Source: an uncultured Chloroflexia bacterium (lineage in GTDB: Bacteria > Chloroflexota > Limnocylindria > Limnocylindrales > CSP1-4). From it: DNA of 64,000 nucleotides. Location of the stretch: positions 2,336,001 to 2,400,000 of the forward strand of contig CAWHDR010000001.1 of assembly GCA_963828165.1 (NCBI GenBank), given 5' to 3'. Below the pieces are notes generated by a model. The model saw only the letters and a list, made by a program, of their open reading frames with translations. It had not been told where the DNA came from and made no database searches. Positions 14,125 through 24,512 of the stretch are shown in pieces; position 1 is the first letter of the stretch, and each line of letters starts with the position of its first letter. The translations under genes and the position numbers were made by a program.

Positions 14125-15186
14125 GTGATCCGCTACATCCGTGTGCTGGGCGCCGCGCTCGGGGGCTTGACCGGGCTGGTGCTCGCCGAGGCGGGCCAAG
14201 GCCTGTTCGAGGACGCCACGTATGCCGGCTTCCTGCTCGCGGCCTGGGTCATCGCCTGGGTGATCGTCGGCTTCGCGATCCTCCCGTACCTGACGATCGT
14301 GCCCGCCATCTGGCTGATCGCGCGCGTAGAGGACCTGTCCACCGCCGAGTTCATCACGGCGGTGATCGGCTTGCTGCTGGGCCTGCTGATGGGGCTCCTG
14401 CTCGGTTTCCCGCTGTCGGCCTTCCCGCCACCGTTCGGATCGCTGCTGCCGCTCGGGGTGTCGCTCTTCCTCGGGCTCGGGATGCTGGGGCTGACCGTGG
14501 CCAAGCGCAAGGACCTCGTCGGGGCGGCCGAAACGGTCGGTATCCTCCGCCACTCGGAGGACACGTCGATCCCCGCCGCGACCAGTGGCGAGCCACGGAT
14601 CGTGGTCGACACTTCGGCGATCATCGACGGTCGCATCGCCGAGATCGTCGAGTCCGGGTTCATCTACGGCACGCTGGTGATCCCCCGGTTCGTGCTTGAC
14701 GAGCTACAGCACATCGCGGACTCCTCCGACTCCCTGCGCCGGAATCGCGGCCGTCGTGGACTCGAGATCCTGGCCCGCATGCAGAAGCAGCCGGGGACGC
14801 CCGTCGAGATCGTCGAAGACGCGGTGCCGTCCGAGACCGAGGTGGATGCCAAACTCGTGGCGCTCGCCCGGACGCGGAGTCGGGTGATCCTCACGAACGA
14901 CTTCAACCTCAATCGGGTTGCCGAGCTCCAGGGCGTTCGGGTCATGAACATCAACTCCCTGGCCAACGCCGTGAAGCCTGCGGTCCTCCCCGGCGAGGAG
15001 CTGCGGGTCCGGGTGATCCAGGAGGGCAAGGAAGCCGGGCAGGGCGTCGGGTTCCTCGACGACGGGACGATGATCGTCGTCGAGGGCGGGGCCCGTCATA
15101 TCGACAAGGATCTCGACGTCGCGGTCACCCGCGTCCTTCAGACCGTGGCCGGTCGCATGATCTTCGCCCAACCGCGGCTCGATTGA
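14125..15186 (+). CDS. PIN/TRAM-domain membrane protein (YacL-like)
   Basis: N-terminal TM helices, VDTSAIIDGRI PIN motif, TNDFNL, GVGFLDDGTMIVVE TRAM; radA-yacL-ispD synteny. Confidence 0.93.
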   Translation: MIRYIRVLGAALGGLTGLVLAEAGQGLFEDATYAGFLLAAWVIAWVIVGFAILPYLTIVPAIWLIARVEDLSTAEFITAVIGLLLGLLMGLLLGFPLSAFPPPFGSLLPLGVSLFLGLGMLGLTVAKRKDLVGAAETVGILRHSEDTSIPAATSGEPRIVVDTSAIIDGRIAEIVESGFIYGTLVIPRFVLDELQHIADSSDSLRRNRGRRGLEILARMQKQPGTPVEIVEDAVPSETEVDAKLVALARTRSRVILTNDFNLNRVAELQGVRVMNINSLANAVKPAVLPGEELRVRVIQEGKEAGQGVGFLDDGTMIVVEGGARHIDKDLDVAVTRVLQTVAGRMIFAQPRLD

Positions 15187-16373
15187 GGTCCCCGACAGCG
15201 CGCGCCGACGCGATCGTGGTCGCGGCCGGCGGCTCGGCGCGGATGGGCGGCACCGACAAGCTCCTCGCCAGGATCGGCGGGCGGCCGCTGCTCGCCCACG
15301 CCGTCGCGGCGCTGCTGGCGGCACCGGATGTCGCGTCCATCGTCGTCGTGACGTCGGCGGATCGACGGAAGGAGCTCGAGGCCGGTCCGTGGCTGCCGGA
15401 CGGCGGTGCGATCACGTTCGTCGATGGCGGGGAGCGGCGGCAGGATTCGGTCCGAGCGGGGTTCGACGCGCTCGAGCGCACGGCGCCCGACAGCGACGGT
15501 GAGCGGGTGGTCCTGGTCCACGACGGGGCTCGGCCCGTGCTGTCGACGGCGCTGATCACGGCGGTCGTCGAGGCGACGGCGGCGCACGGTGCGGCGATCC
15601 CGGTCGTGCCCGTATCCGAGACGCTCAAGCGCATCGAGGGCGAGCGGATCGCCGCGACCGTGGACCGCTCCGGGCTCGCGGCGGCACAGACCCCGCAGGG
15701 CGTCCGCCGGGGCATCCTGCGCACGGCGCTCGCCTCGGACGAAGCCAGCCAGGGGACCTGGACCGATGAGGCTGCGCTCCTGGAGGCTTGTAGAATCCCC
15801 GTCCATGTCATTCCCGGCGACCCCGCCAACCTCAAGGTGACCGTGCCCGCCGACCTCGCCCGCGCGGCCAGCCTGATCGCCGGCCCGGACCCTTCGCGCC
15901 GGACCGGGATCGGGCACGACGCGCATCCGTTCGGTCCCAGCGAGCCGCTGCGACTGGGCGGCGTCGAGATCCCGGGCGCTCCGCGACTGCACGGTCATTC
16001 GGACGGCGACGTCGTCCTGCATGCCCTCGCCGATGCGTTGCTGGGTGCCGCCGGGCTCGGCGACCTTGGCCGCATGTTTCCCGCCGATGCCTCGACGCCC
16101 GCCGGGATCGACAGCCGCTCGTTGCTGGCCGACGTCGTCTCGCGACTCGCGGACGGTGGCTGGCGGGCGGCCGGTGTCGACCTGACGATCGTGGCGGCAC
16201 GGCCACGGCTCGGCGGACATCTCGATGCGATCCGTGCCTCGATCGCCGGAGACCTGGGTCTCGCGCTCGATGCGGTCAACATCAAGGCCTCCACCGGAAA
16301 CTTCGACGGTTCCGAGGGAGCCGGACGGTCGATCTCGACCCTCGCGCTCGCGACCATCGAGGCCGGGAGATGA
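15183..16373 (+). CDS. ispDF: Bifunctional IspD/IspF (MEP pathway)
   Basis: AAGGSARMG, GGERRQDS, HDGARP, QTPQ (IspD); GIGHDAH, GHSDGDVVLHALADALLGA (IspF). Confidence 0.93.
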   Translation: MRSPTARADAIVVAAGGSARMGGTDKLLARIGGRPLLAHAVAALLAAPDVASIVVVTSADRRKELEAGPWLPDGGAITFVDGGERRQDSVRAGFDALERTAPDSDGERVVLVHDGARPVLSTALITAVVEATAAHGAAIPVVPVSETLKRIEGERIAATVDRSGLAAAQTPQGVRRGILRTALASDEASQGTWTDEAALLEACRIPVHVIPGDPANLKVTVPADLARAASLIAGPDPSRRTGIGHDAHPFGPSEPLRLGGVEIPGAPRLHGHSDGDVVLHALADALLGAAGLGDLGRMFPADASTPAGIDSRSLLADVVSRLADGGWRAAGVDLTIVAARPRLGGHLDAIRASIAGDLGLALDAVNIKASTGNFDGSEGAGRSISTLALATIEAGR

Positions 16374-17785
16374 GTCAGATCCGGCTGCTGGACACGCTGA
16401 CCGGCGAGAAACGGCCGGTCGTGCCGCTGCACGATGACCGCATCGGCGTGTACTCGTGCGGCCCGACGGTATACGGCCCCGCGCACATCGGCAATTTCCG
16501 CTCATTCCTCTTCGCCGACCTCCTCGTTCGTCACCTCCGGTGGCGTGGCTACACCGTCCGTTGGGTCATGAACATCACCGACGTCGACGACAAGATCATC
16601 CGTGGCGCGGCCGCTGCCGGGATCGGGATCGAGGAGCTCGCGAACCGGTACCTCGATGGCTTCCTGGCCGATGCCGACGCGCTCCGGATGACCCGACCGG
16701 ACGTCCTGCCGCGGGCCACCGAGCACATCGACGAGATGGTGACGCTCATCGGGACGCTGCTCGAGCGCGAGCATGCCTACCGGACCGACGACGGCTCGAT
16801 CTTCTTTCGGATCGCCTCGTGGCCCACCTACGGCCGGCTGGCGCGGCTGGACCCCGAGCAACTCCGCGTCGGCGAACGAGTGGAGGCGGACGAATACGCC
16901 AAGGACGATGTCCGCGACTTCGCGTTGTGGAAGGGCCCCAAGCCTGGCGAGCCGTCGTGGACGACCGCCATCGGCGAAGGCCGACCCGGCTGGCACATCG
17001 AATGCTCCGCGATGAGCATGGCCCACCTGGGGACCTCGTTCGACATCCACACGGGCGGCATCGACCTGATCTTTCCGCATCACGAGGACGAGATCGCGCA
17101 GAGCGAGGCTGCGACCGGCCAACCGTTCGTCAATACGTGGCTGCACTGCGCACATCTGCAGTCGAGCGGCACGAAGATGGCCAAGTCGACGGGGAACATC
17201 GCCCGGCCGGGCGAGTTGTTCGAAGCGGGTGTGTCCCCGCGGGCGCTGCGCTACGCGCTCCTCGCCGTGCACTATCGAGCCGCCCTCAATCACTCGGACG
17301 AGTCGCTGGCCGCGGCGGCCGCCGCCGTTTCACGCCTCGACGCACTCGTCGCGGCGCTGGCCGCCTACCGCCAGGATCGCGAGGACGACGAAACGCTGAC
17401 CGCGCTGCTGGGCGACGCTCGGGAGGCCTTCGGTGCCGCCCTCGATGACGATCTCAACGTGTCCGAGGCGCTGGCCGCGACCTTCGACCTGCTGCGCGAC
17501 CTGAACCGGCGCATCGAGGCGCGCTCCATCTCGACCGACGACGCGGCCCGGGCGCTCGAGCTGATGCGCGACCTGGATCTGGTGTTGGGCGTGCTGCCGG
17601 ACGCCGACGAGGCGCTTTCCACGGAGCTGCGCTCGATGCTCGACGAACGGGCCGCGGCTCGGGCCGCGCGGGACTGGGCCGCGTCGGATCGCCTGCGGGA
17701 CGAGTTGCTCGCGCAGGGCATCGCGGTCGAGGACACGCGGGACGGTCAACGCTGGCGCCGCCTCGTGGAGGTGGGTCGTGGCTGA
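16370..17785 (+). CDS. cysS: Cysteine--tRNA ligase
   Basis: CGPTVY, HIGN, GRPGWHIECSAM, FPHHE, KMAKS. Confidence 0.98.
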   Translation: MSQIRLLDTLTGEKRPVVPLHDDRIGVYSCGPTVYGPAHIGNFRSFLFADLLVRHLRWRGYTVRWVMNITDVDDKIIRGAAAAGIGIEELANRYLDGFLADADALRMTRPDVLPRATEHIDEMVTLIGTLLEREHAYRTDDGSIFFRIASWPTYGRLARLDPEQLRVGERVEADEYAKDDVRDFALWKGPKPGEPSWTTAIGEGRPGWHIECSAMSMAHLGTSFDIHTGGIDLIFPHHEDEIAQSEAATGQPFVNTWLHCAHLQSSGTKMAKSTGNIARPGELFEAGVSPRALRYALLAVHYRAALNHSDESLAAAAAAVSRLDALVAALAAYRQDREDDETLTALLGDAREAFGAALDDDLNVSEALAATFDLLRDLNRRIEARSISTDDAARALELMRDLDLVLGVLPDADEALSTELRSMLDERAAARAARDWAASDRLRDELLAQGIAVEDTRDGQRWRRLVEVGRG

Positions 17786-19820
17786 TCGACCGAGAGACGA
17801 CCGTCGTCGCGCAAGCGGGTGGCGACCGGACGGCCCGCGCCAGGGCGGGCCGGGGCCACGCCGAGACGGGCCTCGGAGCGGGCCACGCCGGGACGGGCCG
17901 CCGCGCGACGACGGGCCGCCGCGGGACGGGCCGCCGCGCGACGACGGGCCGCCGCGGGACGGGCCAGCTTTCGACGGGCCACGGGGCCGCCCACCGTTCG
18001 ATGGCCCTCGAGATGGCCCGCGGCCCGACGGTCCGCGAGGCGCTCCACCAAATAGATTCGAGCGCCGCCCCAGCGGCTCGCGCGGTCCCCAGGATCATCG
18101 GGGACCCGGAGGCCCGCGGCCCGATCGGGGCGGTCCAGGCGGGCAGGAAGCCTGGCGGCCATCAAGCCCGCGACCGGATCGGGGTGGTCCGCGGCCGGGA
18201 CCCGGCGATCGATCTGGACCAGGGTCGCGGCCACGGCCGTGGGAGCGGGGGCCGGATGAACGGAGCGACGGCCCGCGCGACGAACCGTGGCGGCCGAGCG
18301 ACCAGCGGCCGGCCCGGGATCGGGGCGTTGGCGATCGATCGGGACCGCGCCCGGGCGACCGGCCGGGCTATGGACCGCGCGGGGGAGGCCCACCCGGCCG
18401 GCGGCCCTTCACCGGACCGCCCGGCGGTGGCGGTCGCCCTGCCGATCGGCCGTACCGCCCGCGTCCCGCGAGCGGACCGTACCAGCGGACCTCGTTCGAG
18501 CCCCGCTACGGCGGCCCGCCGCGGCCGTCGGCCCTGCCATCGCCGGAGGCGCTCGGCCCCGAGGAAGAGCTCGTCGCTGGTCGACGCCCCGTCGAGGAAG
18601 CGTTCGTCGCCCGCCGTCCCGCCATCCGCCTGCTGGTCGTCCCGCAGCGGCGTGCCGCTCTCGAGAAGCTCGTGCTCCATGCCACGAACCTGCGGATCCC
18701 GATCGTCGAAGTCGAAGGCGGCTCGCTCACGGCTCTCGCCGGCTTTGACGGACACCAGGGGGTCGCGCTCGTCGTCGAACCGCGCCAGTTCGCGACCCTG
18801 GACGACGTCCTCGCGCGGGCCGCCGAGCGCGACGAGCCACCGTTCATCCTGGTGCTCGATTCCCTCGAGGACCCGCACAACGTCGGCACGCTCCTGCGCA
18901 GCGCCGAGGCCGCCGGCGTGCACGGCGTGCTCTTCCCGACCCATCGCCAGGCGCCCCTCAGCCCGTCCGCGGTCAAGGCGTCGGCCGGCGCCATCGAACA
19001 TCTCCTGTTATGCCCGGTCGACGACCTGCCCGGGGCCCTGAGCGATCTCCACACGCGCGGCGTGCGGATCGCCGGCGCCGAGGGGGACGCCCCGATGACC
19101 GCGCGTCAGAGCGATCTCCGTGGCCCGCTCGCGATCGTCGTCGGTAGCGAGGGCCAGGGTCTGGGGCCCGCCGTTCGCCGCCGCGCGGACCTGTTCATGC
19201 GCATCCCGATGAAGGGCGCTGTCGGCTCGCTCAACGCGGCCGTGGCGGGATCGATCCTGCTCTTCGAAGCGCTGGCGCAACGCGATCCGAACGCGACGCC
19301 ACGCGTCACGCCGGCACTCGGGAGCGGCGGCGGGGAAGGACCGACGACGAAGGCCCGCGTCAGCAAGGTCGCCAAGGGCAGTCCCCCGGCGCCGGCGGAG
19401 GCCGCCGACACGCCCGCCGAAGCATCCGCCGACACCCCCACCGAAACGTCCGCCGAGGCCGACGAAGCCACACCAGCCGCGAAGAAGCCGAAGCCGAGAG
19501 CGCGCAAGGGCCTCTCCACCGAGCCCGACGATGCCCCCGCGCCGCGGGCTGACGATAACGACGCCGCCGCGACCGGCGAAGGGAAGCCGAAACCAAAGCC
19601 ACGGGCCCGCACGGCCCCCGCCACCCCGCCTCCGGAGGTCGCGTCAGAGGCGCCCGACGGCGCGGCGGCGAAGGCCACCGTCAAGCCCAAGCGGGTCCGC
19701 CGCGCTCGGTCGGTGACCAACGAGCCCGCCGATTCACGTCCCGCGGCCGGAACGGAATCGCCGGAGGAGGACCTGCTCCCGACCGATGGACCGAAGAAGC
19801 GCACCTCGCGGACTGGATAG
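17778..19820 (+). CDS. rlmB: 23S rRNA Gm2251 2'-O-methyltransferase RlmB with long disordered N- and C-terminal extensions
   Basis: SpoU motifs HQGV, LDSLEDPHNVGTLLRSA, GSEGQGL, IPMKGAVGSLNAAVA; follows cysS. Confidence 0.92.
   Translation: MADRPRDDRRRASGWRPDGPRQGGPGPRRDGPRSGPRRDGPPRDDGPPRDGPPRDDGPPRDGPAFDGPRGRPPFDGPRDGPRPDGPRGAPPNRFERRPSGSRGPQDHRGPGGPRPDRGGPGGQEAWRPSSPRPDRGGPRPGPGDRSGPGSRPRPWERGPDERSDGPRDEPWRPSDQRPARDRGVGDRSGPRPGDRPGYGPRGGGPPGRRPFTGPPGGGGRPADRPYRPRPASGPYQRTSFEPRYGGPPRPSALPSPEALGPEEELVAGRRPVEEAFVARRPAIRLLVVPQRRAALEKLVLHATNLRIPIVEVEGGSLTALAGFDGHQGVALVVEPRQFATLDDVLARAAERDEPPFILVLDSLEDPHNVGTLLRSAEAAGVHGVLFPTHRQAPLSPSAVKASAGAIEHLLLCPVDDLPGALSDLHTRGVRIAGAEGDAPMTARQSDLRGPLAIVVGSEGQGLGPAVRRRADLFMRIPMKGAVGSLNAAVAGSILLFEALAQRDPNATPRVTPALGSGGGEGPTTKARVSKVAKGSPPAPAEAADTPAEASADTPTETSAEADEATPAAKKPKPRARKGLSTEPDDAPAPRADDNDAAATGEGKPKPKPRARTAPATPPPEVASEAPDGAAAKATVKPKRVRRARSVTNEPADSRPAAGTESPEEDLLPTDGPKKRTSRTG
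17892..17965 (+). repeat. 33-bp tandem repeat (2.2 copies) encoding DGPPRDDGPPR
   Basis: GACGGGCCGCCGCGCGACGACGGGCCGCCGCGG twice, then GACGGGCC. Confidence 0.9.
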
Positions 19821-20086
19821 CCAGCGTCGACGCTCACCAGGTGTTCATTTCGGGGCCATACGTGTCGATATGCCTGGGAGGTTCGCCCGCTAGGCCCCCA
19901 TGCGACCTGCAATGCTCATGCCCTGTGCATGCGCGCGTGGAGGGCCCGCCGCCGCGGCCCGCCGAGATCGTTAGCGCGATCTATGTCATCGAGATGAACA
20001 CGGTGCGTGCGGGCGAGGCGTCAACCTGGGCTCGACGATTGGCGCTGGCGCAGACCCAGGCGGCGCGACGGCCACACCCCCCACGC

Positions 20087-20116
20087 TTGACCCGATCCGG
20101 CGGGCGGCCCTATCAT
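20087..20116 (+). promoter_or_regulatory. Sigma70-type promoter of the tRNA-tuf operon
   Basis: TTGACC-N18-TATCAT. Confidence 0.65.
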
Positions 20117-20161
20117 TCCCCGGCGCCGAAGGGTCTTCTGCGGTAAGGCCCTGCCCGTCGC

Positions 20162-20237
20162 GCCGACGTAGCTCAATTGGTAGAGCAGCTGTTTTGTAAA
20201 CAGCAGGTTTCGGGTTCGAGTCCCGCCGTCGGCTCCA
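20162..20237 (+). tRNA. tRNA-Thr(TGT)
   Basis: GCTGT-TT TGT AA-ACAGC anticodon arm; CCA. Confidence 0.97.
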
Positions 20238-20303
20238 GTGACATCCATACGGCAGCCGGATCCACCACGCGACCGCAGGCGCATCCGGAGCCGAGCCTTC
20301 AGT

Positions 20304-20388
20304 GGGTAGGTTGAGCAGGTGGTGAGCTCAGCTGGCTGTAGACCAGCCGCCTTCGGCTATGGGGGTTCGATTCCCTCCCTGCCCACCA
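20304..20388 (+). tRNA. tRNA-Tyr(GTA), atypical (G37, 4-bp D stem)
   Basis: Acceptor GGGTAGG/CCTGCCC, A73, CCA; anticodon arm GCTGG-CT GTA GA-CCAGC; variable arm; T-loop TTCGATT. Confidence 0.93.
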
Positions 20389-20419
20389 CTTCATAGCGAA
20401 CCCTCGCGATCGGATCCGG

Positions 20420-20495
20420 GCCCACATAGCTCAGCTGGCAGAGCACTTCCTTGGTAAGGAAGAGGTCATCGGTTCGAGTCCGATTGTGGGCTCCA
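20420..20495 (+). tRNA. tRNA-Thr(GGT)
   Basis: CTTCC-TT GGT AA-GGAAG; CCA. Confidence 0.97.
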
Positions 20496-20554
20496 TCGCC
20501 CGTCATCGAAATCCCAGCGGCGAAGCCGCGCCTGTCAAGGAGTGAACTGGTCAC

Positions 20555-21751
<1,197 letters not shown>

Positions 21752-21758
21752 GGACGAC

Positions 21759-21923
21759 ATGGCGAGGGTAGAAGCGCGTCCCACGATCCAGCTCGCGTGT
21801 ACCGAGTGCAAGGAGCGGACATACACGACGCGCAAGAACAAGAAGAACGATCCCAACCGGATCGAACTGCAGAAATACTGCCCGCGCTGCCGGCGGCATA
21901 CACTTCACCGCGAGGCGAAGTAG
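21759..21923 (+). CDS. rpmG: 50S ribosomal protein L33 (Zn-ribbon type)
   Basis: [25 protein letters not shown]. Confidence 0.96.
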   Translation: MARVEARPTIQLACTECKERTYTTRKNKKNDPNRIELQKYCPRCRRHTLHREAK

Positions 21924-21942
21924 GGACGACCGGCCTCGCCGC

Positions 21943-22018
21943 AGGGGTGTAGCTCAATTGGCAGAGCACTGGTCTCCAAAACCAGCGGTTGTAGGTTCGA
22001 GTCCTATCGCCCCTGCCA
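21943..22018 (+). tRNA. tRNA-Trp(CCA)
   Basis: CTGGT-CT CCA AA-ACCAG; G73; CCA; rpmG-trpT-secE synteny. Confidence 0.97.
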
Positions 22019-22019
22019 A

Positions 22020-22066
22020 ATCCTCAGGCTGATGGCGCGCAGGAGCGTCGCCTCAGCCCTTCGGAG
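22020..22066. repeat. Structured ~45-nt dispersed repeat, copy A
   Basis: Homologous to 50052-50096 and 62453-62536; consensus GATGGCnCGC-loop-GCGTCGCCTC. Confidence 0.8.
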
Positions 22067-22113
22067 CGGAAAATGCAATTGCGTCATCACCTAGCTACGA
22101 GAAGAACGAGAAC

Positions 22114-22302
22114 GTGAAGCGACTCCGCCGATATTTCGATGAGGTCTGGTCCGAGCTGAGGAAAGTCAGCTGGCCGACGCGCGAGCAGGTCCGCAACCTG
22201 ACCGTGCTGGTCTTTGCGATCAGCTTCGTGGTCGGGCTGTACATCACCGTCCTCGATCAGGTCTTCCAGGGGCTCCTGCGAGTCCTGACCCCGAGCGCAT
22301 GA
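22114..22302 (+). CDS. secE: Preprotein translocase subunit SecE
   Basis: [11 protein letters not shown] motif followed by a TM helix. Confidence 0.96.
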   Translation: MKRLRRYFDEVWSELRKVSWPTREQVRNLTVLVFAISFVVGLYITVLDQVFQGLLRVLTPSA

Positions 22303-22877
22303 TGACCGACCTGACCGGAACCGAGATCAAGGCGCCCGAGAAGCGCTGGTACGTCATCCATACCTATTCGGGATACGAGAACAAGGTCAAGGCCAATCTC
22401 GAGCACCGCATCGAGTCGATGGGCATGGAGGACAAGATCTTCCAGGTCCTCGTTCCGATGGAGGATGAGATCGAGATCCGCCAGGGCCAGCGCCACACGG
22501 TCCAGAAGAAGGTCTACCCGGGCTACGTGCTCGTGGAGATGATCCTGGACCCCGACAGCTGGTTCGTGGTCCGCAACACGCCGGGCGTCACCAGTTTCGT
22601 CGGTGGCGCGAACATCCCAGGCGTCCGCAGCGAGCCGATCCCGCTCGACGAGACGGAGGTCAAGCAGATCCTGCGGCACATGGGCGTCGAGACGCCCAAG
22701 TACCGTGTCGCATTCACCAAGGGCCAGAGCGTCCGGGTCACCGACGGGCCGTTCGCCGAGTTCATCGGTACGGTCGAGGAGATCAACCCCGAGCGCAACA
22801 AGGTCAAGGTCCTGGTGAGCATCTTCGGCCGCGAGACCCCGGTCGAGCTCGACTTCCTGCAGGTCGAGAAGCTCTAA
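22299..22877 (+). CDS. nusG: Transcription termination/antitermination factor NusG
   Basis: [27 protein letters not shown] domain, [10 protein letters not shown]. Confidence 0.98.
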   Translation: MMTDLTGTEIKAPEKRWYVIHTYSGYENKVKANLEHRIESMGMEDKIFQVLVPMEDEIEIRQGQRHTVQKKVYPGYVLVEMILDPDSWFVVRNTPGVTSFVGGANIPGVRSEPIPLDETEVKQILRHMGVETPKYRVAFTKGQSVRVTDGPFAEFIGTVEEINPERNKVKVLVSIFGRETPVELDFLQVEKL

Positions 22878-22914
22878 GGCTCTCGCAGCCGCTCAGAAAG
22901 GCACCGAACCACCC

Positions 22915-23340
22915 GTGGCAAAGAAGATCCGCATCGTCCTGACCCTGCAGCTCCCGGCCGGCAAGGCGACTCCCGCCCCGCCCGTTGGGACCGCGCTCGG
23001 TCCGCACGGCATCAACATCGTCGAATTCACGAAGTCCTACAACGAGAAGACCGCCGACAAGACGGGCCAGATCATCCCGGCCCAGATCACGATCTTCGAG
23101 GATCGCTCGTTCTCGTTCATCCTCAAGACCCCGCCCGCGGCCGACCTGCTGCGCAAGGCGGCCGGTGTCGAGAAGGGCTCGCAGACCCCGAAGCGCGAAG
23201 GCGTCGGTCGCGTGACGCGGGACCAGCTTCGCGAGATCGCCACCATCAAGATGTCCGACCTCAACGCCAACGACCTCGAGGCCGCGGCCAGGCAGATCGA
23301 AGGTACCGCCCGCTCCATGGGCATCGAGGTCGTCGGCTAG
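22915..23340 (+). CDS. rplK: 50S ribosomal protein L11
   Basis: [20 protein letters not shown]. Confidence 0.98.
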   Translation: MAKKIRIVLTLQLPAGKATPAPPVGTALGPHGINIVEFTKSYNEKTADKTGQIIPAQITIFEDRSFSFILKTPPAADLLRKAAGVEKGSQTPKREGVGRVTRDQLREIATIKMSDLNANDLEAAARQIEGTARSMGIEVVG

Positions 23341-23434
23341 CCCTCGCCCTCACAACGTCGCGGCTGCACCCCGGGCCGCGGACACGGGATCGACGGGGGA
23401 GGTCGGTCCAGCCGACCGATAAGGAGAACGACAC

Positions 23435-24142
23435 ATGCCCAAGCACGGCAAGAAATACCAGGAAGTCTCCAAGCTCGTGGACCGCGAGCAGGTCTACACC
23501 CCCGAAGAGGCCGCCGAGCTCGCGAGGCAGACGACGACCGTCTCGTTCGATGCGACGATCGAGGCGCATCTCCGGTTGGGTGTCGATCCGCGCCACGCCG
23601 ACCAGATGGTGCGCGGGACCGTCGTCCTGCCGCACGGCACGGGCAAGGTGGTCCGCGTCGCCGTATTCGCCCAGGGTGAGAAGGCGCAGGAGGCGCTCCG
23701 GGCCGGCGCCGACGAGGTCGGTGGCGACGACCTGGTCAAGAAGATCGAGGCCGGCTGGCTCGAGTTCGACGTCGCCCTCGCGACGCCCGACTCGATGGGC
23801 ATGGTCGGCAAGCTCGGCAAGATCCTCGGCCGCCGTGGGCTGATGCCCAACCCCAAGGCTGGGACCATCACGTTCGATCTGGACCGTGCCGTCCGCGAGG
23901 TCAAGGGCGGCCGAGTCGAGTTCAAGGTCGACAAGTCGGCGATCATCCACGTCGCCTTCGGCAAGAGCAGCTTCGAAGCGACGGCGCTGGTCGAGAACCT
24001 CGCCGCCCTCGTCGACGCGATCAACCGCGCCAAGCCGACCGGAGTGAAGGGCCAGTACCTGCGCTCGCTGTCGATCGCGAGCACGATGGGGCCTGGCATC
24101 AAGGTCGACGTGCCGGCCACGCTCGCGGCCGCAGTCGCCTAG
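23435..24142 (+). CDS. rplA: 50S ribosomal protein L1
   Basis: [32 protein letters not shown]. Confidence 0.98.
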   Translation: MPKHGKKYQEVSKLVDREQVYTPEEAAELARQTTTVSFDATIEAHLRLGVDPRHADQMVRGTVVLPHGTGKVVRVAVFAQGEKAQEALRAGADEVGGDDLVKKIEAGWLEFDVALATPDSMGMVGKLGKILGRRGLMPNPKAGTITFDLDRAVREVKGGRVEFKVDKSAIIHVAFGKSSFEATALVENLAALVDAINRAKPTGVKGQYLRSLSIASTMGPGIKVDVPATLAAAVA

Positions 24143-24213
24143 ACTGCCCCTTCGCCGGCGGGTCGCCGGCACTGACGCGATGACGGCCGAGAGGCGCGTC
24201 ATCTGACAAGACA

Positions 24214-24512
24214 GACGGACCGCCGCAGACAGCCTGCGCCCTACCGCCGCCGCCGACCGCGAGGTCGATGACGGACCGGGCTTGATCCGTCGAACGGACC
24301 GGACACTCCGCCCGAGAGGGCAGGGACGCCGGGGACGACGACGAGCACGCCGAGGCAGTCGGTGCCTCCACCTTCGCGGGTGGGCGCGCCCCTGCGAGCC
24401 GGGGTCATGCCTCCTTCGGGAGGCAGCCATGGGATCCGTCGCAGGGGAGTCCGGTCCAAGGCCGGTCAGCCCACCGCCGCACGCCGGTCCGCGTGCCGTA
24501 GTCGGAGGCACT
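24214..24512 (+). ncRNA. L10 leader (rplJ-rplL autoregulatory RNA), expanded
   Basis: GCCGCAGACAGC (24222-24233) and GCCGAGGC (24349-24356) match the L10-leader core; several GNRA/UUCG hairpins; upstream of rplJ. Confidence 0.65.

Noticed and set aside
19821-20086. Possible small ORF or ncRNA between rlmB and tRNA-Thr
   Set aside because: No SD, codon bias or clear structure; it looks like a promoter-upstream region.
20389-20419. Missing tRNA-Gly in the Thr-Tyr-(Gly)-Thr-tuf cluster
   Set aside because: Variation in this cluster is common among phyla and not notable on its own.
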